From the human T2T-CHM13v2.0 reference genome, Homo sapiens, in the NCBI RefSeq assembly GCF_009914755.1, contig NC_060928.1: 64,000 nucleotides of DNA; one strand, written 5' to 3'. A program made the translations under genes and the position numbers. Below, in pieces: positions 53,050 through 64,000 of the stretch. The notes under the pieces are model-generated. The model did no database searches, was not told the DNA's origin, and saw only the letters and a list, made by a program, of their open reading frames with translations. Within the stretch, counting starts at the first letter, position 1. Each line of letters begins with the position of its first letter.

Positions 53050-54438
53050 TGCAAGCTTATTCTTGTTAGTCATCATAAGCTTTCATCTTCCCCAAAAAGA
53101 AGAAAGTGCAACTATGAAAAAATAAGAACAACACCATTATCTGAATTGGATTAATTTGGCCTTGTAGACATTCTTGCTTTATTACTGGGTTTTTGCATGA
53201 TGTCTCAACCCAAAGCTTCGTGCTTTCCTGGGTCTTATCATCACAGCCATTCTACTTTAAAAGCTGCTACCAAATAGTCTTTTTAATGGGGGCCTTAGAT
53301 TGTTATGAACCTTCGTAAACTCTAACAGAAATAAATCCTTATTTTTCTAACATTATACTCTCTTCAGTTCCCCTGGGGCTTCTTTCTAAACACACTATGA
53401 GCATTGAGTGGTTGTGGGAGTAATTGCTTATTAAGTTCTATATTCTGCTATTTGAAACCTGTTCTTGCAGTAAGGAAAACGACTCCAGGAATCTGTACAT
53501 AAAAAGCTAGTTTTGCTTCTTTGTTCCCTTAAATCAATATTATAATCAATTCTGTTATCTCTTGAACTTTCTCTAACTCAATTCTATCTTACTGGCAGGG
53601 ATTTGGTTAAAAATCAGTGTTTCTGGTGGTGATAGTCACTGATTCAGCAATTCTACGCTTTTAATTTTTTATCTAGGGAGATGGTAACAAGATTGCTCAA
53701 AAAATTAACTTGCCTATCCTGTCTCTTCCATGATGGCAAGAGCAAGTTTACAAGCAGAACATGGGCTGACTTGATTTTTCCATCAAAAAATATTAAGTAT
53801 ATTTTAGTGTTTTAATGGAAGTATTGAGGTCTAGTAGACTAGTAAACTTCTTTTGCCTTTTATTCTGTCTCTCTTCCTACTTCCTTCTCCCTACTCATGC
53901 CAGTCTTCCTTTTTTTTTCTTGAGCTGTGCCATCCATTGATGTAAGACTTGCACTGCGACTTTTGCAGAGAAGCTAAGAGAGAGGGAGCATCCATAATTA
54001 GGGAAGCAGTGGGTTGTGCATATACAATTTATTTAAGACACAATTGCTGGCCCTTCCTTTTATTTTTCCAAAATCACAGACAGTGTTAAAAACATTAGTT
54101 CATATCTATTCTCAATAGATTTATATAGAAGGAGAAAGTTTCCACACTATTTTCTCTTTATATGCTCTCAGAAAACCATTTGCTATATTTACTGGTTACT
54201 CTCGTTGTCATTAAGAAAGCTATATAATTGTTCCTAATGCCCTTAGTTTTTCTTGTCCATGGATATTGTCTGTTAGACTACTTTCCTCTCTGATTTTAGT
54301 TGTCTTTTTTATTTGCTCCCATGAAGAATATTTTAAACAAGAACATCTATATTTATATAGGTTTCTATATATTTGTCTCTCTATTATATTTATGTGTTTC
54401 TATATATTTTAAACACAACTTTTTCTATGATTGTTTTT

Positions 54439-57400
54439 CTTTTTTCAAAAAACTTTTAAGTTTGGGGTACATATGCAGGTTTGTTATATAGGTAAACTCA
54501 TGTCGCCGGGGTTTGTTGTATGTATTTTATTTTTGTCATTCAGGTACTAGGCTTAGTACCCCACAGTTGTTTTTTCTAATCCTCTCCCTCCTCCTGCCAA
54601 CCAGTCTCTGATAGGCTCCAGTGTCTGTTGTTCCCTCTTTGTGTCCATGAGTTCTCATCATTTAACTCCCACTTACAAGTGAGAACATGCAGCATTCTTC
54701 AGAGGTTTTCTTTATTTCTATTCATTATTCTTGTCTTCTATTTTAGTTTTGTCTGACCATCTTATTTCAGAGAGCCAGTCTTTAAGTTCTGAGATTCTTT
54801 CCTCAGTTTGGTCTATTCTGCTGTTAATACTTGCAATTACATTGTGAAATTCTTGTAGTGTGTTTTTCAGCTCTATCAGATCAGTTAGCTTCTTTTTTAT
54901 ATTGGTTATTTTGTCTGTCAGCTCCTGCATCCTTTTATTGTGATTCTTAGATTGAGTTTTGGCGTTCTTCTGAATCTCAATGATCTTCATTCCTACCCAT
55001 GTGCCAAATTCCATTTCTGTCATTTCAGCCAAAATCTGCCTGGTTAAGAACCCTTGTTGGAGAACTAGGGTGATCTTTTGGAGGACATAAGACACTCTGG
55101 CCATTTGAGTTTCCACAGTTCTTATACTGGTTCTTTCTCATCTCTGTATGTGGGTGCTCCTTTAACTGCAGTGTAAATTGAGTACAGTCAATAGATTTCT
55201 TTTCTGGATGTTTTCACAGGGCTGAGGTTTTGTGCAGGGTCTTTATTTGTAGTTGACTTCCTGTCTTTGATTTCACAGGGGAATATGCTAGTGGGGTATT
55301 TTTGGTGTTGAAGCTTTGAGATGTGATCCAGGAGGTGGTGCTTAGTTGTAGTGGTCAGTAGGTAGGCTCTGGCTCTGTCGTGTGGCCCCCTTGTATGTCC
55401 TCGCAGTTGCAGCCATGCTCTCTCTCAATGAACTGAAAGTGTGAGCTCCTCTCCCACTTGAGTTCTGGCTATAGATTGTGGCTTGGCACTCTCGGGCTGC
55501 CCACTGCAGTTTTGGGGTGATCTCATGGTTTTAGATTTCTCCCCAACTTGGAGGCAGCGGAGGAAGGGACCTTAGCAGTGGTTATGGCCAAGGGTCTTTT
55601 GCTTGTTTCCTAGTGGCACTACCCCAGAGAGATGAAGGTCAGCAATTCCTCAGTGAAATCAGCCTGGGATAGGGGATCTGTACTGTGGGCCCAAGTTGGG
55701 GGTTCTCTGCCTGGTGATGAGCAGAGGGGATAGGTGGGACCTGTGGAGGATGGACTGGCCTCCTCTCCTTGGGTAGACTGCAGCTTGTTGCAGGTATGGA
55801 TAAGGTACTTAAGATCTTGGCTGCTTTGTTGGTCCAAGGGTAACAGGGGTAGTACCACTGCAGAGATGGTGGCAGAGAGGCTTTTGGTTGCCCCTGGGAG
55901 CTTCAACTCTGAGAAACATGGAGCCACTGTTACTGGGAGTGTTCTGCTGGTGGTGGTGGCTTCACTGCTGGTGTGAGCTTGGGGATCCATTTGTTGGGGA
56001 GCAGGGGGTTGAGGGCTCACTGGGAGGAGAGACTGGTATACTCTCCATATGGTGACTGTGGCATGTTGTAAGCTTGGGCGTATCCCTCAGGATCTTTGTT
56101 TCTTCCCCAGGTCAAGGGCAGTAGGGATAGAACTGCTGCTGAGGGGCTATGGGATGCCTCTGGGAGTCTCTCCTCAGGGAAACTCTGAGCCACTGCCAGT
56201 GGTTGTTCTCTGCCTTGGGTGGAATGACTGTTCTGTGGTTATGAGCCAAGGGCCCTGCCTGGTGAAGAGGGGCGGTGGGGGTTCCCAGGGAAGAGGGGCT
56301 GAAATTCTCTCCATATGGTGGCTATGGTGTGCCAGATGTGCTAGCCTAATGACTAGGCCCTTTGCTCCCTCCCCAGCCCAAGCGCTCTTAGAGCAGGACC
56401 ACTGTAACTGTCATGGTGGAGGAGTTATGGGCTGACTCTGAGATTTCCTCCTCAGAGAAATGCTGGGCTGCCTCTGATTGAGATAATCAGGTGGGGGCAG
56501 TATGGTTGTGCTGGAGTCCGAGGTTGGGCTGCCCTGCCTAGTGAGAAGTGAGGACCAAGACCTGCATAGGGAATAGTCTAGCCACTTTTCCATGAGGCGA
56601 TTGCTCTGTGCTGGGGGTTTAGACCAGAGCCTGGAGACAGCAAGGGTGAGGGCTGTGAGACAGCAAAGATTGGAACCCTCCCTTCCCACTGGGAGCTCTG
56701 TCCCAGGGAGTTGTAGAGCTGCTGTTGGCTTGATAGCTCTGGTTTGGGGTGGCTGGAGACCCAGGCCTGGAAGAACCACCCAATGAGGACATACAGGATG
56801 AGAGACCCATGTAACGAACAGCCTGCCCACTTTCCTGTAGGTCTGCTTTAGTATGCTGGGGGTCTATTCCAGTCCCTTGTCACCTTGAATTTTCCAGTAC
56901 CTGAAGGCATCAGCAGTAAAGATTGCCAAACTGCAAAAATGACAACCTGCCCCCCGCGACCGGCCACTGCCATGTGGGAGCTCTGTTCCAGCGAGGTAGG
57001 GATCTGTTGCTGGTCAGAACATACTTGCAGGAGGTGGCTGGAGACCCTAGTCTGGAGAGCCCACCCAATGAGGAGAAACGGGAATGGGGGCCTGTGTAAA
57101 AAAGCAGTCTAGCTGCTTTTTGGTAGAGCAGCTGTGTTGTGCTTTGCTTGGGGTGTGCTCCAGCCCCCATTTGCATTGGACTCTCCAAAGCCCAAAGGCA
57201 AGAACAGCTAAGGCTGCTAAACAGCATAGATGATGGCCCATCACTCCCTTTGGGAGCTCCATTCCATGGAATTTGGAAATGCTCCTGGCTGAAAAACACT
57301 GGCAGGGGTAGCAGGAAATCCCATTCAAGGGGTCCTGTCTAGTGAGGAGGAATAGGATTGGGACCTGCATGAAAAACCAGTCTGGCTGCTTTTTCACGGG

Positions 57401-57950
57401 GCAACTGTGCTGTGCTGGAGGTCCACTCCAGCTCCTAGTCACTTTGGACTCTCCAAAGCCTGAAGGCAAGAACAGCTAAGGTTTCAAAACAGCAAAGATG
57501 GCAGCCCACCCCACCTCTGGGCACTCTGCTCCAGGGAGGTTCGAAACTGCTATTGGCAGGAAAACATTGGGGGAGGTGACTGGAGACCCCAGTCAGGAGA
57601 TTCCACCCAGTGAAGAGAAACAGGATCTGGGATTCACGTGAATAAGCAATCTGACTGCTTCTCAGTAGAGCTGCTGGACTGTGCATGGGGATGGCTCCCA
57701 TCCCTAGTCATCTAGGACTCCTGCTTCTATGGACGAGGGAGTCTCCCCTGGCTCTGTGTCACTCCCTGGCAAGTGGTCATCTTGCCTGGCTTTTTTCCAT
57801 TCTCTGTGGGTCAAGTTGTTTCCTTGATGAGTCCCAATGAGTGCACCTGGATGTTTCAGTTGAAGGTGCTGTATTACTTGCCCCTTCCATTTCTCTCTGT
57901 GACAGCCATGCAGGTTAGCTTCTTCTAGTCGGCTATCTTGGGCAACCCCC
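54439..57950 (-). mobile_element. L1PA13-15-like element with both termini but an internal deletion of most of ORF1-ORF2
   Basis: 3'UTR at 54440-54695; ORF1 N-half at 54696-55141 (ATGAGAAAGAACCAG; LIELKNTLQEFHN..SINSRIDQTEERISEL); long 5'UTR ending on the minus strand in CCAAGATAGCCGACTAGAAG; TSD ATGATT(G/C)TTTTT at 54427-54438 and 57951-57962. Confidence 0.88.
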
Positions 57951-59344
57951 ATGATTCTTTTTTCCCCTGACTTTAAGCATAGCAGAATACAGATATGATA
58001 ATATCCATGAATGAAAGGATTTCTTTATATTATCTTATTAATTCATGGTGATAGATCAAGAGTTGAGAAATTTGGGTTTTCGTTTCTGGCTCTGCTTAGT
58101 ACTTACTTGCTTTTTTTCTTTTTAAAAAGTAATTGGCAATAATAAGTTTTGGTCTGTACATTTCATACATAAATGTGGGATGTTGAATATAAAAGAACAA
58201 ACAGAATAGTTGTAATAAAATTCTAATATAAACCTTACATGCATAAATTGATTTATGGAATTATATTATGTATTCATCTCTTATTAGCTCAAATGAGTTC
58301 AGCATCTGGAATGTGCCAAGCATTGTGCTACATGCTGTGGATACAGTGATAAATATATAATTGTTCTGTCTCAGAATTTCCTGAAAAATGAACTTATAAT
58401 TGTTATTATTTTCCTTGATCTGATTTTGTGAGTTTTCCTAAATTGTAATAGTTTCTTAATTGTCCAAGTTTGTTTGTTTATTTTTTTATGATGAAGTAGA
58501 GTAGAGGTTCTATAATTTGAATAATGAACTCAAGATCCAGATAATGTCTGGATTTTTATGGTTTTTCCATAATTGTTCATGCCAACTTTATTATTTATTG
58601 AGCACTATTCCTATTTCTCTTTCGTATCTTAGCTTGCCTCTTGTGTCTTAGACTCACTGTTTTATTTTCTTTGACAGACTTTGATATCTTTGCCTCAAAC
58701 AGTCTCGTTATTGCCTTTATTTTCTCCCTATCATAAATTTTATATTTCGTCTGTCTTTAGCTTTTGTTTTCAGTGGAGAATTGTATTTGTACTCAATACC
58801 AAATGTTTCCTTCAGGAAACAATTATATATTGTTTCTCTTTTTTGCCAAGGTATGTGATAAAGGTACTCTGGGGCATATGGGGGTTACTGTCCTATGCCC
58901 CTGTTGACATCTGTGGCTTCTGCATAACCTTGGGCCTGAGCTGCTGTTTCCGCCTTCATTCCTTATGCTTTAGTTCTAGGGAGCACTATCAGCAAGATGG
59001 CAAAGTAACAGATATCAGTATTCATCCCTCCACAATAAATGAGAGAGGTTTCTACAAATGCAAATAGCCTTGGGAAGTTACAAGAATCCTGATAAGAACT
59101 TATAGCAACATAGTGGAGCAAGAAACAAAGAATAATGGCTTAGCAAGGATTGCTGGTGAGATTGACATACCTGAAATTTCTGGAGATGGCTAAGAACAAA
59201 GAAGAGTGGGGGCTATCAGTATTAGTCAGGTGGTGGGGACCTGTTCTGCAGAGGACCGTGGCAGCCTGGTGGCCTGTTCTGCAGAGGACCCTGGCAGCGT
59301 TTGTCATGGAGGACCTCAACAACCCCTGTGTCCCTGCAGCTATT

Positions 59345-59361
59345 TTTTCTTTCTTTCTTTC

Positions 59362-59457
<96 letters not shown>

Positions 59458-59564
59458 TTTCTTTCTTTCTTGCTTTCTTTCTTTCCTTCTTCTTTCTTTC
59501 TTTCTTTTTTCTTTCTTTCTTTCTTTCTTTCTTTTTCTTTCTTTCTCTTTCTTTCTTCTTTCTC

Positions 59565-59617
<53 letters not shown>

Positions 59618-59686
59618 TTTCTCTCTCTCTCTCTCTCTCTGTCTTTCTCTTTCTTTCTTTTCTTTCCTTTCTTTTTCTTTCTTTTT
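59345..59686. repeat. (TTTC)n/(CT)n compound microsatellite, the expanded Alu tail
   Basis: About 340 bp of almost pure pyrimidine sequence abutting the Alu 3' end. Confidence 0.97.
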
Positions 59687-59969
59687 GATAGTCTCACTTT
59701 GTCATCTAGGCTGGGGTGCAGTGACTCAATCTTGGCTCACTGCAACCTCCACCTCCTGGGTTCAAGCAATTCTCCTGCCATAGTCTCCCAAGTAGCTGGG
59801 ATTACTGGTGCCCACTACTACCCCTGGGTAATTTTTTTTTGTAGCTTTTAGTAGAGATGGGGTTTCACCATGTTGGCCAGGCTGGTCTCAAACTCCTGGT
59901 CTCAAGTGATTCACCTGCTTCAGCCTCCCTAAATGCTGGGATTAGAGGCATGAGCCACTGCTCCCAGCT
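59687..59969 (-). mobile_element. Old Alu (AluJ/Sz-like) inserted in the L1M 5'UTR
   Basis: Dimeric Alu body; degenerate ~20-bp TSD CCCTGTGTCCCTGCAGCTATT / CCCTGTATTGCTGCAGCTCTT. Confidence 0.93.
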
Positions 59970-62900
59970 CCCTGTATTGCTGCAGCTCTTATAGCAGAGG
60001 TCATCCTCGACTTCACTGATATGGATCCCAGTGGCCTGCTTCACAGAGGACTTCAGCAGCTTTTGCCACTGTTGTGCCACTCTAGAACGTGGATACCATC
60101 CCTCTCAATGCTGTGCATGCTTCAGACCCTGGAGTCTCAGTTCTGTGTGTGGCAGCACTCCAAACAGCCTTGGGGCTGCACTGCCATCATCTGCACGTTA
60201 GACAGTGAAACTATTGCATCAGTAGGCACATCAGTATCCCAAACCCTAGCACTTTGGCTCCTCCACTGGCACCTGCACCTTGCACAACATTTCCAGTGTT
60301 GCACTGGCAGGGCTTGGGCCTCTGGCACTAGTGCCACCACCTTCATGGATCCTGAAGCAATTGTCTTCTCTTATGTGCTCACACTTCATATTCCAGGTCC
60401 ATGGCCATCCATGGGTGCTGTGTATCAGATACTGGTGCCACTGCCATCATGTGCATGCCCATGACACAGATGTGGTGCCCAAAGGGATACCCATGGTTAT
60501 GACATCTCCCATGGGAGAAGAAGAAATCAGGAGAATCCCAGCAGCCTTCACACCTGAAGACCAAAACAGTTGTCACTCCCACTACAGCTTTGGACACTAA
60601 GGACTCCTGCAATCTTCACCAATAATGACCTTCTTGATGGAACAGCATGGAGACTATACCAACGCACCCTTACTAGAACTGGAACCACTGCACCCTACCT
60701 AGCCAGTGATTTTATACTCACCTGAAGGTGAAGGCTTTTCCCTACCTAAGCTAGTATGTAAAGCCCGAAAGAGGTGAATGCTCCATCAAATGCAGACATC
60801 AACACAAGACAATAAGAAACAGGAAAAAAATCAAAGAAACATGATGCTATCAAAGAAACACAATAATTTTCTAATAACCAACTCCAAAGAAAATGAAGAT
60901 GTAGGAATTACCTGAAAAAGAATTCAAAATAGTTGTTTTAAGAGTGCTTAGTGAACTAAAAGAGAACACAGATAGACATCTTAATGAAATCAGAAGAACA
61001 ATAGGTGAATAAAATGGGAAATTCAGTAAAGAGATAGAATTAATAAAAAATGAAAATTCTGGAGCTGAAGATACAATAAATGAAATGCAAAATGCAATAG
61101 AAAAACATGGATAGCACACTTGATCAAGTAGAAGAAAGACTCTGTGAAAATGACAGGTCTTTTGAAAATATCCAGTCATATGAGAAAAGAGGAAAAAAGA
61201 ATGTAAAGAAGTAAAGGCAGTCTAAAGGATTTAGGGGACACCAATATTCACATTATATGCACATTATACAAGACACCGAAAAATAGAGGCAAAGGCAGAG
61301 AGATAGAGGCAGAAAGCTTATTCAAAGCAATAATGGTTAAAAATTTCTTAAATTGGGGGAGACATATGGATATTTGGGTACACAAATCTCAATCTCCAAT
61401 TAGGCACAAGGAAGACTTTACCAAGATATATTACAATAAAGCTGTCAAAATAAAAGACAAAGAGAAAATCTTGAAAGCAACAAGAAAAGAGAAGTTTCTT
61501 ATATATAAAGGAACCCTCATAAGGCTATCAGGGGATTTCTTAGCAGTAAATTTTTAGACCAGCAGAGGGTGGGATGATATATTCAGAGTGCTAAAAAAAA
61601 CCCCAAAAGTGTCAATGAATAACAGTTTATCCAGAAATGCTATCCTTCAGAAATGAAGTACTTTCCCAGACAAACAAAAGCTGAAGGAGTTTATCTCCAC
61701 TAGACTTGCTTTATAAGAAATGCTAAAGGGAGTTCAAGTTGAATACAAGATTTCTACTTAGTAACATGAAATATATGAAAGTAGAAAACTCACCAGTAAA
61801 AGAAAGTACACTGTAAAATTCAGAATACTTTAATATTGTAATGATGGTGTATAGATCACATAATTCTAGCATAAAGTTTAAAAGACAAAAATATTAAAAA
61901 CTAACTATAGCTAAAATAATTTGTTAATGGAAACACAATATAATAATTTGTAAATTATGACATAAAAAACATAAAATATGTTTGGAGGGGACTAAAAGTG
62001 CAAAGTTTTTTTGTGTGTGATTGAAGTTAAGTTGCATTAGCTTGAGATGGACTTTTATAAGCATAATAAGTTTTATGTATGCCTCATAAAGCACAAAGCA
62101 AAAACATATAGTAGCTATAGAATAACCACAAAGCAAAAACATATAGTAGCTATAGAATAGGTAAAGAGAAAAGATACCTCTACAGAAATCATCAAATTAT
62201 AAAGAAAGACAGAAAGAGAGAAAGACGGAAACAAAAGGTGATAAAATGCCAGAAAAAAATTCACAAAATGACAACCATAAATTTTTACCTATCATTAATT
62301 ATGTTGAATGTAAGTATACTAAATTTTCCAATCAAAAGATGTAGAATGGCTGAATGGATAAATAAACAAGAGCTAATATGCTGTCTATGGTGTTTGCAAG
62401 AGATTGTTTTTCAGCTTTAAAGTCATATATTGACCGAAAGTGAAGAAATGGAAAAAATATTCCATAAAAATGGAAGCCAAAGGAGAGCAGCAGTAGCTAC
62501 ACTTTTATTAGAAAAAATAGACTTTAAGCCAAAAGCTGTAAAAATATGCATTAAGCTAAAGAGCTTCTGCACAGCATAGAAAACAATTAACAAAGTGAAG
62601 AGGCAACCAACAGAATGGGATAAAATATTTGCAGTTAGTAACTAAAATAATATACAAAGAACTGAAACATCTCAGTAGCAAAAATAGAAACAAAAACAAA
62701 AACAATCTGATTTAAAAATGGGCAAAATATCTGAACAAATATTTCTTAAAGTAAGACATACAAATGGCCAAGAGGTATATGAAAAAATGTTTACCATCAC
62801 TAACCACCAAGGAAATGCAAATCAAAACCTCAATGAGACATCATCCCACCCCAGTCAGAATGTCTATTGTTAAACAAGACAAAAAATAACAAACTCTGAT

Positions 62901-63074
62901 GAGGATGTGAAGAAAGGAAAATGTTTGCCTATTGGTGGAAATATAAAGTAGTACAGCCATTAGAAAAAACAGTATTGAGGTTCCTCAAACAGCTAAAAAT
63001 AGAACTAGCATATCATCTAGCAATCTCACTTCTAGGTATGTGTATTGTATGTATTATAGTCAATTCTAGGTATA

Positions 63075-64000
<926 letters not shown>

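Larger units (their letters stand above)
58975..63045 (+). mobile_element. Old L1M (L1MA-age) element: 5'UTR, ORF1 remnant, long inter-ORF region, ORF2 start joined to ORF2 C-terminus
   Basis: CAAGATGGC start motif; ORF1 remnant KDKEKILKATRKEKFLIYKGTLIRLSGDF; ORF2 N-terminus MTTINFYLSLIMLNVSILNFPIKRCRMAEWI at 62268; jump at ~62545 to IKLKSFCTA; FLKQLKIELAY. Confidence 0.82.

Noticed and set aside
56240-57700. Regularly spaced repeats as a CRISPR-like array
   Set aside because: The units are ~270-bp diverged monomers inside an L1 5'UTR in primate DNA; there are no short identical repeats with unique spacers and no cas genes
55619-57952. Dense cluster of overlapping ORFs on both strands
   Set aside because: GC-rich L1 5'UTR with few stop codons; no recognisable protein
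59140-59851. Long ORFs of 160-233 aa (KKER-rich and FLSF-rich)
   Set aside because: Stop-free translations of the (TTTC)n microsatellite plus Alu; not genes

Overview
Primate (human-like), AT-rich, gene-poor genomic DNA, more than half of it fossil transposable elements: L1 (L1PA, L1PB, L1MA/MB/ME), Alu, THE1/MST/MLT1 MaLR LTRs, an ERVL pol remnant, MIR, L2 and hAT MERs. No intact protein-coding gene, CRISPR array, tRNA or rRNA is supported. The listed ORFs are L1 ORF1/ORF2 fragments, Alu/LTR read-throughs, microsatellite artefacts or short chance ORFs. I found no evidence of a novel multi-gene system. The most notable structures are: (1) a full-span L1PA7-like element that appears to carry a 3' transduction of L1PB1 sequence, because one target-site duplication (TSD) brackets 11707-18281 inside a split L2; (2) a U13/SNORD13 snoRNA retrocopy with a 15-bp TSD; (3) a decayed class III (ERVL) reverse-transcriptase region; (4) well-formed candidate exons on both strands, the best being a 99-nt + strand exon at 36354-36452; (5) a strict strand bias among THE1/MST LTRs; (6) several nested insertions, large internal L1 deletions and small template-switch or duplication scars. 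Subfamily names come from my recollection of consensus sequences and need RepeatMasker/Dfam confirmation. Boundaries of old elements are approximate.
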